Shown here one piece after another: positions 27,529-37,983 of a stretch of 64,000 bases of DNA (positions within the stretch are counted from its first letter, which is position 1; each line of letters starts with the position of its first letter). Location: IMG/VR virus record IMGVR_UViG_3300007863_000001, positions 1 to 64,000 of that record; one strand, given 5' to 3'. Below the pieces are notes generated by a model. It was not told the DNA's origin and ran no database searches. It worked only from the letters and a program-made list of their open reading frames with translations. Source of the stretch: a virus. A program made the position numbers and the translations under genes.

Positions 27529-29097
27529 ATGCCTGCTATTATCACTGAAAATTTTAGAGTAATGAACGCCGAAACTTTTATACAGAGTTTTGTTTCGGTT
27601 GGTAATACTTCTAATACATATTATACTTTTATTGGTCAACCCAATAGTCTGAATCCTCTAGCTGGTGGAACAGACTCTTGGGGTCTTGGGTACTCACCTA
27701 CAGATGGAATAGAAGAACAGAATAGAATTAAAGAAACTATTCTTTCCATGAAAAAGGTGACAAACCAAGATGTAAGGAGAATGATTAGAAAAGTTGAGTG
27801 GACATCTGGAACTACTTATGAAATGTACCGTCATGATTATACAATCTACAATAAAACTCCAATAACAAATCAACCAAGTTTATATGAATCTAATTTTTAT
27901 GTTATAAACGAAGATTTCAGAGTTTATGTTTGTCTTCAGAATGGTAGTGACCCAGAAAACCCAACAGGAAGACCATCATTTGACCAACCAGAATTTGTTG
28001 ACTTAGAACCAAGACCAGCAGGAACTTCTGGTGATGGATATATTTGGAAATATCTTTTTACAATCAAACCATCCGAGATTGTAAAATTTGATTCTATTGA
28101 GTTTATTCCTGTACCAGAAAATTGGGGAAATGTAGGAGAAACAATATCAACAAAAAATAATGCTATTGATGGAAAGATTGAGGTAATTACTATTGCAAAC
28201 AGAGGTATTGGTTATCAACCAATTTCTAAATCTTTTACTAATATTCCTATATTGGGTGATGGGATAGGTGGAAAGGCAACAATTACTGTAGATTCTTTTG
28301 GTAAAGTTTCTGAGGTATTTGTAACAGATGGTGGTTCTAATTATACTAGTGGAATTATAAAATTCCAACCAGGTGCTCCTGGAGTACCATTAGAATTAAC
28401 AAATAATGGAACTGTTGCTGAATTTAATGTAATAATTCCCCCAAAAGGTGGACATGGTTTTGATATATACAAAGAATTGGGTGCATATCGAGTCTTAGTA
28501 TACTCTAGATATGCTACAGATGAAACAAATCCAGACGTAATCTTAGGAAACGATTTTGCTAGAATTGGAATAATTAAAAATCCAACAGTATTTGGAAGCA
28601 CAACAGAAAAATTGTCTTTAAATGAAGTTAGTGCTCTAGACTCGTTGAAATTGTCTGGAATTGCAACTGCAAATAATGAAACTTATCCAGTAGATTCGCA
28701 AATTACCCAAACTATCGGTACTGGACAAACTGCTGTTGGTTTTGTAGCATCTTGGGATTCTATAACTGGAGTATTAAAATACTATCAACCAGTTGGATTA
28801 GCAACTGAGGGTGTTAATTATCAACTTAGTAAGTTTAGTTCCTCACCAATTGCTGGAGGAAATCTTATAGTTAATTGCAGTAATTCAAATGCATCATTAT
28901 CAGTTGATACTAATTTTACTGGTGTTAGTACCGTAATAAATAATAGGACATATCAGTTAGGTAGTACTTTTGTTTCTGGGATTTCTTCTGCAGAGTTTAA
29001 CAAAAAATCAGGTGACATAATCTACGTCGATAACAGGCAACCAATCCCAAGATCGGCTAATCAAAAAGAAGATATTAAAATCATATTGGAGTTCTAA
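27529..29097 (+). CDS. gp8: Baseplate wedge subunit gp8
   Basis: MPAIITENFR, W..GTTYEMYRHDY, VYVCLQNG, DGYIWKYLFTI, SGDIIYVDNR, QKEDIKIILEF. Confidence 0.93.
   Translation: MPAIITENFRVMNAETFIQSFVSVGNTSNTYYTFIGQPNSLNPLAGGTDSWGLGYSPTDGIEEQNRIKETILSMKKVTNQDVRRMIRKVEWTSGTTYEMYRHDYTIYNKTPITNQPSLYESNFYVINEDFRVYVCLQNGSDPENPTGRPSFDQPEFVDLEPRPAGTSGDGYIWKYLFTIKPSEIVKFDSIEFIPVPENWGNVGETISTKNNAIDGKIEVITIANRGIGYQPISKSFTNIPILGDGIGGKATITVDSFGKVSEVFVTDGGSNYTSGIIKFQPGAPGVPLELTNNGTVAEFNVIIPPKGGHGFDIYKELGAYRVLVYSRYATDETNPDVILGNDFARIGIIKNPTVFGSTTEKLSLNEVSALDSLKLSGIATANNETYPVDSQITQTIGTGQTAVGFVASWDSITGVLKYYQPVGLATEGVNYQLSKFSSSPIAGGNLIVNCSNSNASLSVDTNFTGVSTVINNRTYQLGSTFVSGISSAEFNKKSGDIIYVDNRQPIPRSANQKEDIKIILEF
28935..28942 (+). 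promoter_or_regulatory. Candidate late promoter embedded in gp8, for the VrlC-like gene
   Basis: AATAAATA about 160 nt upstream of 29104; the 6-nt intergenic gap has no room for a promoter. Confidence 0.4.
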
Positions 29098-29103
29098 AAA
29101 AAA

Positions 29104-32100
29104 ATGCCACAAAATACAAATTTAAATATTTCTCCATATTTTGATGACTTTGAATCTGATAAAAATTATCAGAGAGTGTTGTTTAAGCCTGCTACTCCAA
29201 TACAGGCAAGAGAATTAACAACTTTACAATCTATCTTACAAAATCAAATTGAAAAATTTGGTCAGCACTTCTTCAAAGAAGGTGCTATGGTTGTGCCTGG
29301 TCAAATATCATATGATTCCAACTATACTTGTGTTGAGATTGATGAAACCCATTTAGGTATACCTGTTTCATTGTATATCAATGAAATGATTGGTAAAAAA
29401 ATTAGAGGAGAAGTAAGTGGTGTTACTGCAAAAGTAGAAAACTTCATTAGTAATGTAACTTCAGAAAGAGGTAATTATACACTATACATTAAATATCAAG
29501 GTTCTAGTAATACAAACTTTTCAACAAGTACGTTCCTAGATGGAGAAAACTTGATTGTTGAAGAAAATGTTTCTTACGGAGTATCGTCTTTAAGAGAAGA
29601 TACAACTTTTGCAACAACTATCATTTCTGGTTCAACATCCGTTGGTTCTGCAGTAAAAATTGAGTCTGGTGTATACTTCATTAGAGGATTTTTTGTAACT
29701 GTCAATCCAGAAACTGTTGTTTTAGATCAATACTCTAACTCACCAAGTTATAGAGTTGGTTTACTAATTAATGAAGAATTAGCAGTTGCTTCAAATAATT
29801 ATAATGATTTATATGATAATGCCCAGGGATTTTCTAATTTCTCTGCCCCTGGAGCAGATAGATTAGAAGTAGGTGTTACATTAATAAAAAAAGAAATTGA
29901 TAATTTTAATGATGAAAATTTTGTTGAACTTTTAAGATTAGTAAATGGTGGTTTACAGAAGTTTGTTAAAGAGACTAATTATAATTTAATTAGAGATGAA
30001 TTAGCAAAAAGGACTTATGAAGAATCTGGAGATTATTATATAAAACCATATAATATCTCTATTAAAGAGTCTTTAAATAATAGAGTTGGAAATAATGGAA
30101 TATATCTTGAAAATCAGGAAACAAAACAAGGAAATATTCCAAGTGATGATTTAGGGTGTTTGCAAATTTCACCAGGAAAAGCATATGTAAAGGGTTATTC
30201 AGTTGAAACTATAAGCAGTTCGATTATAGATTTCAGAAAACCAAGAGATACTGAAAAAGCAGATAATGATTCTGTTCCTTTCAGTGTTGGTAGACAGGTA
30301 ATTATCAATAATGTTTATGGTTCTATTCCTGTTGGATTTGACAATACCTCAACAGTAGAATTGTATGATAGTAGAACAGTAACTCCAGGTTCTGCATCTG
30401 GTAATAAAATCGGTGTTGCTAGATTATATAATCTGAAATTAAAAAATGCAGAATACATTAATGCAACAACTCAGTATGAGTGTTCACTCTATGATATTCA
30501 AACATATACAACAATAACACTTAATACCAGTTTATCAAAACCATCTTCAACTTTCATTGAAGGAAAAAATAGTTCAGCTAGTGGATATTTGGTATCAGAT
30601 GTTGTAAATAGTAATTTACTTACTTTATATCAAGTATCTGGTAATTTTAAAGATGAAGAAGCAATAATAATTGATGGGGTTGATGATGGAAGAGTTATTA
30701 GTAACGTAAGAGACTATAGTCTTAGTGATGTTCATCAATTAAGAACTGATAATTCTGGAAGTAGTCTTGGAAGCTTCACTGCTGATCCAGTTCTTTCTAA
30801 TAAAGTTAATTTAGCAGATATTTCAGCACAGTTCACTATAACTGGTGAATCTGCTGGTATAAGTACAGTTACAACTTCATCGAGTTCATTCTATGAAGGA
30901 CTTTATGTCGGTAGTATTGTTTCATATACAAAAGAAGGGAATAGTGTTCCAACTTTTAACAAAGTTACGGAAATTGATAAAACAGCAGATATAGTAAAGA
31001 TTCAAGCAGTTGGAACTACTCCTGGTATAAATGATGGTACACTCCCAGGAACAAGTATAGTAACTAATGACTTTAGAAAGGTAACATTAGAAATATTAAA
31101 TACATCAAACGCATTTTTATACACAAAATTAAGGCATAAAAATATTTCTTCTGTTGATTTGAGTAATGCTCAATCAGTAATTAAAAAGTCATATCCAATT
31201 ACAGTTTCTGCAAATGCATATAGTGCAACACTAGAAACTGATACTAGTTTAACTTTAGAACCATTTGATGAAGAGGATTATAACTTAACTTTTATATCTA
31301 ATGGAGCAATTGAATCCTTATCTAATCAAAAAATACAACTATCAGGAAGAACTGTAAGTTTAAGTAATTTGTCCGGTAATGGTTCAGCAATACTTACTGT
31401 TTCATATAGAAAAGTTAATACTACAGTAAAAAGAAAATTATATAACCGATGCAATACCCTAGTTATTAATGGTTCATCATCACCTGCTTCTGGTATTGGA
31501 AACACAACTCTTGACGATGGATTAGTATATAGTGAATATTATGGATTAAGAGTACAAGATAAAATAATTTCTCTAAATGTTCCTGATGTTGAGAGAATTT
31601 TGGGAATTTATGAATCATCTACTACTTCAGATCCAAATTTACCAAAGGTAACATTAACATCACTTAACTCTAGTGTTAATAACTTATTAAAGGGTGAAAG
31701 ACTCGTAGGTCAAACTAGTGGTGCTGTTGCAAACTTTGTCGGTAGTGATAGTGTAAACACAATTGATGTTGTATATATTAATGAAAACAGATTTTCACTA
31801 AATGAAACTATTATTTCTGATGAGACTAATATTAGTGGAGTAGTATTTTCAGTAGTTCTCGGTGATAAAAATATTAAAAATAGTTTCATTTTTGATAATG
31901 GGCAAAGATCTGAATATTACGATTACTCAAGAATAATTAGAAAGTCTGAAATATCTTCTCCAACTAAAAAAATTAAAATTGTATACAATCAGTATTCAAT
32001 CAACTCATCCGATGATGGTGACTTTGTATCAGTTGACTCTTATGATAGTGATAGATATAGTAAGAATATTCCAGTAATCGATGGAGTAAGAAATACAGAT

Positions 32101-35100
32101 ATCATTGATTTTAGACCAAGAGTTTCATTGTTTGATACATCTTCTGCTACAAAATCACCATTTGAATATGATTCAAGATTATTCTCATTATCGGCAAATT
32201 CATCTAATTATGTATTTGCAAAAGATAAGAATTTAAATATATCTTACAATTACTATCTTGCTAGAATTGATAAGTTATTTTTAACAAAGGATGGTGCTTT
32301 TATATTAAATCAGGGTGTCCCATCATTAACACCAAAGGCACCAAATGTTATTGATTCTTCATTAGAGATAGCAACAATTTACTATCCACCATATGTTTAT
32401 GATACAAAAACAATAAAAACATCTCTTTCTGCACATAAGAGATATAGAATGAAAGATATCTCTAGATTAGAGGATAGACTTTCTAATGTTGAATATTACA
32501 GTTCACTGTCTTTATTAGAAACTGACACCAAAAATTTACTTATAAGAAATCCAAAAACTGGTCTAGATAAGTTCAAATGTGGTTTCTTTGTTGATAATTT
32601 TAAAAGTGGTTTTGGTGGTGATATTTCAAATCCATCTTATAAAGCAAGTACAGATACTGCAATTGGTGTAGTAAGACCAACACATTATACCACTTCTACT
32701 GGACTAATTCTTGGTTCAGAAGCTATTATTGGTATTGGACAATCCTCAAACCCAAATATTGATTTAAGACACGCAACAGATTTGGGAACCAATAATCTTA
32801 AGAGAGTTGGTGATTTGGTCATGTTAAACTACAATGATGAGATATACACTAAGAATCAATTTGCAACCAGAGCAGTAAACGTAAATCCATTTAATATCCC
32901 AGTATGGATTGGTTCAATTGAATTGAATCCTTCTACTGATACTTGGATTGAAACAAGATTGACGACTAGAACCGAAGATGTTGAAGGAACATATAAAAAT
33001 GCTATAGCACAATTGGGTGCGGACACAAATACTGGACTATCTCCTATAAATTGGAATTCTTGGGAAACTAATTGGACTGGAGTTACAAATCTAAATTCTG
33101 AATTAACCGGAACTAGTACAGAGGTAAATTCATCTTCTGGTAATAATGTTGATACATCAACAACCACAACAACACAATTTATAACAGACACTTTCAGACA
33201 AACAACAGATCAATCCAGAACAGGAATTCAATGGCAAGTTAGTGAAAGATTCAATAATGTTTCTATTGGAGATAAGATTGTTTCGAGATCAATTGTTGGA
33301 TTTATGCGTTCTAGAAACGTTGAGATGATTTCTCGTAGATTAAAACCTTCTACAAGATTCTATTCATTCTTTGATAATGTTTCTATGAATGATTTTGTAG
33401 TTCCAAAACTACTTGAAGTAAACATGGTCAGTGGTACATTTGTTGAGGGTGAGACTGTTATTGGACAAATGCCTGTTTCTATTTTGAATAATAAAGGAAT
33501 TGTATTCAGACTAGCAAAACAAAATCATAAGTATGGTCCATATAATTCTCCAGAAGAAGTTTATGCAGAAAATCCATACAATTCAGGAAATCAACTTTCT
33601 TCATCGTATTCATCAACAACTACAATTTTGAATGTTGATACTGCAAGTTTGGAAAATCAAGCAGATTCAAATTTCTTTGGATGTATTTCTATTGGTATGC
33701 AATTAATTGGAGAAACAAGTAATGCAATTGCAGAAGTATCAGATATAAGACTTATTACTGATAAATCTGGAACATTAATTGCATCATTATTCTTCCCAGA
33801 CCCAACTATATTATCAAACCCAACATTTGAAACAGGAACAAAAACACTTACATTATCGACAAGTTCAACAAATACCTTAGCACCAGGAGTTTCTGAAAGT
33901 TCTGCTGAAACTAATTTCACATCAAGTGGAACAATTGATAACGTAGAATCACTGACATTGAGTATCAGAGAAGCTGATATTGAAAGAGTTGCAGTTCCAC
34001 CAGAAAATAGAACATTAACAAATGACTTTAGTGTAGACCGCACTAATACTCTTGTTAACACTAATACTGTTCGCACAGAAATAATTGAAAGTACCGTTAT
34101 TGTAACTGAAATTGTTAGGGTTCCTGCTGATCCACCAATTCCAAGAAGATGGAGAGATCCACTCGCACAAACATTCCAAGTTACTGATAAAAATGGAATT
34201 TTTATCACCAAGTGCGATGTATTCTTCCAATCAAAAGATACCTCAGATATTCCAGTAACTTTACAAATAAGAACAAGTTCTTTAGGTGTACCTACACAAG
34301 AAGTATTACCATTTAGTGAAGTTACATTATCACCAAGTAATATCAATACTTCTGAAGATGCTTCTTCTGCAACAACATTCACATTCCCATCTCCATTATT
34401 CTTAGGTGGAATAAAAGACTATGCAATAGTTCTAATGTCGGATTCAACAGAATATAATGTTTGGATTTCTAGAATGACTGAAGTTGATATTTCAACAGTG
34501 AATAATGCAGATTCCGAAAAAATTCTTGTTTCACAACAACCAACATTAGGTTCTCTATTCAAATCACAGAATGGTGCTACATGGGAACCATCACAATTAG
34601 AAGACTTGAAGTTTACCCTGTACAGAGCAGATTTTAACTCAAGTAGTGGATCTTTTAGACTTTATAATCCAAAACTTGGAATTGGAAATAGACAAGTAGC
34701 ATCGTTGAGACCCAATCCAATAGTAGCATCTACTAAAAAAGTTTTAGTTGGACTCGCATTGAGTTTAAGTAGCTCCGATATTTCAAATCTAGTACCAGGA
34801 ATTACAATACGACAAAGTGGTTATGACAATTTCTCTGGAAAACTTGAAAGTGTTGTTGGTTCTATTGGCATTGGAAGTGTCTTAAGTATTACAAATGCTG
34901 GTGTAGCATATACTTCAAATGCAACATATTCTGATGCTCCACTCTTAACATTATCAGGAAGAGGTTCTGGAGCAAAGGTTGACCTAACTATTGAGAATAA
35001 TATTGCTATTGCTGCTACTGTTTCTATTGGAGGAACAGGATATGCTAAAGGTGATACTTTAACTGTCTCACCTTCAGAAACAGGTGGTTTTGGTAAAAAC

Positions 35101-36681
35101 TTGGTCTTGTCTATTCCAAATAGTGTTGGAGTTATTTCAGCATTTAACTCACTAATTATTGATAAAGTTCAAGATGAAGTAAATACATCTGGTGTTTCAA
35201 ATGAGATATCTTACATAAATTCTGGTGGAGGAATATCAACTATTTCAGATGGTTACGTTAATTACTCTGAAACAATTACTGATGGATTGTATTTTAAAGT
35301 AAATCACAATAATCATGGAATGTATTCACAGCAGAATAAGGTAACAATTACTGGAATTGAGCCTGATATCGCACCAGAAAAACTCATTGTTGACTATAAT
35401 CAGGCATCGACAAATAGTATTCAAGTAAATTCTGTTGGTATATTCACCAGTTTTGAAAACTTAGAAGTTTCAGCAACAAATCCTGGATATATTAAAATTA
35501 ATGGTGAAATTATTAAATATACTTCATATGAACTCAGCACAAATACATTAACTGGAATAACAAGAGGGATTATTGATGGGCAAGAGGATTTCCTTCTCCC
35601 TATGGTCATTCCTTACCATAATGTTGGGTCACCAGTATTTAAATATGAATTTAATGGTATTTCTTTAAGAAGAATTAATAGAACACATTCATTTGCAGAT
35701 GTTGATATTAATAAGTATCCTATTAGTTTAGATAGTTACTATATTAAACTTAATACTGAATCTAATGGACCAGATAGGAAATTTATTAGTCCTAAATTAT
35801 TCTTCAATGATACAAAATCGGGTGGAACTTATGATTTAGATGATTCTGCTTCTGGTTCAAACACAATATCTGGACCAAAAGCAACACAGAATATTCAGTT
35901 TAATTCAATCAAACCAAATATACAAACTATGATTCCAGAAAAAACATCTATCTCTGCAAAGGCAAGAACATTCTCTGGTCAAAGTATAAATGGAAATGAA
36001 TCTACTTATGTAAGTAAAGAGTTCCAATCAATTTCATTGAATTCAAATAATTATCTATCAACACCAAGTATAATTGCATCAAACGTAAATGAACTTGAAT
36101 ACTTAGATGATTATCTTGGAAATAAATCATTTACATTAGAATTAAATCTATCTACTAGTGATAGTAAGTTGTCACCAGTTGTAGATCTTGATAGAATTGA
36201 TATGATAACAACTATGAATAGAATCGATAGTCCAGTATCTAACTATAAAACAGATTCTAGAGTTAATAGTTTATATGATGATCCATCATCTGCAATATAC
36301 ATATCAAAAATTATTAGATTAGAAAGGAGTTCTGATAGTTTAAAAGTTTACTTTGATGCGTATAGAGATTCTTCAAATGAATTAATCGTTATGTATAGAA
36401 TACTAAGACCCGATACACCAGATGACCAACAATTGTATGAACTATTCCCTGGATTTGAAAATATTGATGAAAATGGTAATGTAATTGACCCTAAAGATAA
36501 TAATGGACAACCAGATGCATTTGCTCCTGCTTCAACTTCATTAGATGATTTTAGAAGTTATGAATACACTGCAGAAAACTTACCATTGTTTAATGGATTC
36601 CAAATTAAAATTATTATGGCAGGAACAAATCAATCATTTGTTCCAAATATTAGAGACTTAAGAGTAATTGCAACGTTATGA
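29104..36681 (+). CDS. vrlC: VrlC-like / DUF4815 giant virion structural protein
   Basis: NLNISPYFDDF, VLFKP...IQARELTTLQSILQNQIE, APGADR, RTYEESGDY, GFFVDNF, DPLAQTF, GSLFKSQNG.TW...Q.EDLKF. Confidence 0.85.
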   Translation: MPQNTNLNISPYFDDFESDKNYQRVLFKPATPIQARELTTLQSILQNQIEKFGQHFFKEGAMVVPGQISYDSNYTCVEIDETHLGIPVSLYINEMIGKKIRGEVSGVTAKVENFISNVTSERGNYTLYIKYQGSSNTNFSTSTFLDGENLIVEENVSYGVSSLREDTTFATTIISGSTSVGSAVKIESGVYFIRGFFVTVNPETVVLDQYSNSPSYRVGLLINEELAVASNNYNDLYDNAQGFSNFSAPGADRLEVGVTLIKKEIDNFNDENFVELLRLVNGGLQKFVKETNYNLIRDELAKRTYEESGDYYIKPYNISIKESLNNRVGNNGIYLENQETKQGNIPSDDLGCLQISPGKAYVKGYSVETISSSIIDFRKPRDTEKADNDSVPFSVGRQVIINNVYGSIPVGFDNTSTVELYDSRTVTPGSASGNKIGVARLYNLKLKNAEYINATTQYECSLYDIQTYTTITLNTSLSKPSSTFIEGKNSSASGYLVSDVVNSNLLTLYQVSGNFKDEEAIIIDGVDDGRVISNVRDYSLSDVHQLRTDNSGSSLGSFTADPVLSNKVNLADISAQFTITGESAGISTVTTSSSSFYEGLYVGSIVSYTKEGNSVPTFNKVTEIDKTADIVKIQAVGTTPGINDGTLPGTSIVTNDFRKVTLEILNTSNAFLYTKLRHKNISSVDLSNAQSVIKKSYPITVSANAYSATLETDTSLTLEPFDEEDYNLTFISNGAIESLSNQKIQLSGRTVSLSNLSGNGSAILTVSYRKVNTTVKRKLYNRCNTLVINGSSSPASGIGNTTLDDGLVYSEYYGLRVQDKIISLNVPDVERILGIYESSTTSDPNLPKVTLTSLNSSVNNLLKGERLVGQTSGAVANFVGSDSVNTIDVVYINENRFSLNETIISDETNISGVVFSVVLGDKNIKNSFIFDNGQRSEYYDYSRIIRKSEISSPTKKIKIVYNQYSINSSDDGDFVSVDSYDSDRYSKNIPVIDGVRNTDIIDFRPRVSLFDTSSATKSPFEYDSRLFSLSANSSNYVFAKDKNLNISYNYYLARIDKLFLTKDGAFILNQGVPSLTPKAPNVIDSSLEIATIYYPPYVYDTKTIKTSLSAHKRYRMKDISRLEDRLSNVEYYSSLSLLETDTKNLLIRNPKTGLDKFKCGFFVDNFKSGFGGDISNPSYKASTDTAIGVVRPTHYTTSTGLILGSEAIIGIGQSSNPNIDLRHATDLGTNNLKRVGDLVMLNYNDEIYTKNQFATRAVNVNPFNIPVWIGSIELNPSTDTWIETRLTTRTEDVEGTYKNAIAQLGADTNTGLSPINWNSWETNWTGVTNLNSELTGTSTEVNSSSGNNVDTSTTTTTQFITDTFRQTTDQSRTGIQWQVSERFNNVSIGDKIVSRSIVGFMRSRNVEMISRRLKPSTRFYSFFDNVSMNDFVVPKLLEVNMVSGTFVEGETVIGQMPVSILNNKGIVFRLAKQNHKYGPYNSPEEVYAENPYNSGNQLSSSYSSTTTILNVDTASLENQADSNFFGCISIGMQLIGETSNAIAEVSDIRLITDKSGTLIASLFFPDPTILSNPTFETGTKTLTLSTSSTNTLAPGVSESSAETNFTSSGTIDNVESLTLSIREADIERVAVPPENRTLTNDFSVDRTNTLVNTNTVRTEIIESTVIVTEIVRVPADPPIPRRWRDPLAQTFQVTDKNGIFITKCDVFFQSKDTSDIPVTLQIRTSSLGVPTQEVLPFSEVTLSPSNINTSEDASSATTFTFPSPLFLGGIKDYAIVLMSDSTEYNVWISRMTEVDISTVNNADSEKILVSQQPTLGSLFKSQNGATWEPSQLEDLKFTLYRADFNSSSGSFRLYNPKLGIGNRQVASLRPNPIVASTKKVLVGLALSLSSSDISNLVPGITIRQSGYDNFSGKLESVVGSIGIGSVLSITNAGVAYTSNATYSDAPLLTLSGRGSGAKVDLTIENNIAIAATVSIGGTGYAKGDTLTVSPSETGGFGKNLVLSIPNSVGVISAFNSLIIDKVQDEVNTSGVSNEISYINSGGGISTISDGYVNYSETITDGLYFKVNHNNHGMYSQQNKVTITGIEPDIAPEKLIVDYNQASTNSIQVNSVGIFTSFENLEVSATNPGYIKINGEIIKYTSYELSTNTLTGITRGIIDGQEDFLLPMVIPYHNVGSPVFKYEFNGISLRRINRTHSFADVDINKYPISLDSYYIKLNTESNGPDRKFISPKLFFNDTKSGGTYDLDDSASGSNTISGPKATQNIQFNSIKPNIQTMIPEKTSISAKARTFSGQSINGNESTYVSKEFQSISLNSNNYLSTPSIIASNVNELEYLDDYLGNKSFTLELNLSTSDSKLSPVVDLDRIDMITTMNRIDSPVSNYKTDSRVNSLYDDPSSAIYISKIIRLERSSDSLKVYFDAYRDSSNELIVMYRILRPDTPDDQQLYELFPGFENIDENGNVIDPKDNNGQPDAFAPASTSLDDFRSYEYTAENLPLFNGFQIKIIMAGTNQSFVPNIRDLRVIATL

Positions 36682-36881
36682 TTCCAATAAAAGACAATGT
36701 GGGTTTTTATAGAGATGAAAAAACTAATGCAGTTCTAAACTGTAATGATGTACAATATAATGAGTATATAAAAATAAAAAATAAAAAATCTCTAGAAGAA
36801 CAAGAGTTGAGTAAAATGAAAAATGATATTGAGGAAATTAAAAGTGCATTGAAGACTCTAATTGAAACGATAAATAAATAA
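36678..36881 (+). CDS. Small coiled-coil protein typically found after VrlC
   Basis: YRDEKTNAVLN...MKNDIEEIKSAL; ATGA overlap. Confidence 0.75.
   Translation: MIPIKDNVGFYRDEKTNAVLNCNDVQYNEYIKIKNKKSLEEQELSKMKNDIEEIKSALKTLIETINK
36869..36880 (+). promoter_or_regulatory. T4-type late promoter(s)
   Basis: GATAAATAAATA contains two overlapping NATAAATA. Confidence 0.55.
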
Positions 36882-36903
36882 AGGTTATTAATCTATTTTT
36901 CTG

Positions 36904-37239
36904 ATGTCAGCTAAAGTAATCAATTTAGTTCTTGAACAGGGAACAGATTTCCAAAGTACATTTACTATATACAATGATAATGGGACTAAATTGAATTTGA
37001 CTGGATATACAGGAAAAGGTTTAGTCAAGAAAAGTACATACTCATCAACTTCATATCCATTTTCTCTAACCTTTCCGAATAGGATTGGTGGTCAAATAAA
37101 GGTTTCTATGGCAAAAACAGATACTTCATTGATGGAAGGTGGTAGATACTTATATGATGTGGTGATAACATCTCCAAATGATTTTTCGACAAGAGTTGTT
37201 CAGGGTAGTGTGTTAGTAACACCAGGAGTTAGTATATGA
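36904..37239 (+). CDS. Small Ig-like virion protein (BppU-N-like)
   Basis: NL..EQGTDF...F, NLTGYT, GRYLYDVVI, RVVQG.V.V.PGV. Confidence 0.7.
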   Translation: MSAKVINLVLEQGTDFQSTFTIYNDNGTKLNLTGYTGKGLVKKSTYSSTSYPFSLTFPNRIGGQIKVSMAKTDTSLMEGGRYLYDVVITSPNDFSTRVVQGSVLVTPGVSI

Positions 37240-37916
37240 CAAATTATGACGTAAGACTAACTTCACAAGATAGGTTTACTGTTGACTTAAATTATGAAGT
37301 TCCATTTAAGCAGATACAATACAGTAATGTAATTCTTGATGATATTAATGTACAATTTGATGGAAATCAGACTAATTTTACATTATATGCAAATGGTGAA
37401 GAATACTTTCCGGTTAATGAACAACAATTAGTCATTTCTCTAGATGGTGTTTTACAAAAACCAGTAATTGATTATCAAATATCTGGTAGTACGATTACAT
37501 TTTTAACTGCACCAACAGCAGGTCAACAATACTCAGCAATTGCACTTGCTACTGCAGCAGATGCTACTAGAAATATTGTCTTTATGATTGACAATGGTAG
37601 TATAGATATTACTCCAGGTGATAAAGGTTACTTACCATTAGATATTGGTGGAAAGATTGAATCATGGTCAATTTTATCAGAACAAACTGGAAACATTGCA
37701 ATAGATATTGAAAAAACAACTTATGATGATTATCCATCAAATTTTGTTTCAATAGTTGGAACTGAATATCCAACTCTAATAAATGAAAATAAAAATAAAG
37801 ATATTGAATTAACAACTTGGTTACCTATAATCAATATAAATGATGTGCTCAGATTTAGTGTTCTCAGTTGCTCTGGAATAAGTAGGTGTACAGTAGTTTT
37901 GAAGATGAAAGTCTAA
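37236..37916 (+). CDS. Virion structural protein
   Basis: LDDI..QFDG..T.FTL...ISLDGVLQ.P..DY.ISG..ITF..AP module; ATGA overlap. Confidence 0.7.
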   Translation: MTNYDVRLTSQDRFTVDLNYEVPFKQIQYSNVILDDINVQFDGNQTNFTLYANGEEYFPVNEQQLVISLDGVLQKPVIDYQISGSTITFLTAPTAGQQYSAIALATAADATRNIVFMIDNGSIDITPGDKGYLPLDIGGKIESWSILSEQTGNIAIDIEKTTYDDYPSNFVSIVGTEYPTLINENKNKDIELTTWLPIININDVLRFSVLSCSGISRCTVVLKMKV

Positions 37917-37928
37917 ATATTTTTAGAT

Positions 37929-37936
37929 TATAAATA
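37929..37936 (+). promoter_or_regulatory. T4 late promoter (perfect consensus)
   Basis: TATAAATA. Confidence 0.75.
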
Positions 37937-37983
37937 ACAATAGGAAAAAAAATTTTGTTTCATAAAATAACGGAGACAGGTAA

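Noticed and set aside
5554-36681. Inteins or introns explaining the giant ORF sizes
   Set aside because: I noticed no Hint-domain splice motifs, LAGLIDADG/HNH motifs or frame interruptions; the size is accounted for by repeated structural domains.
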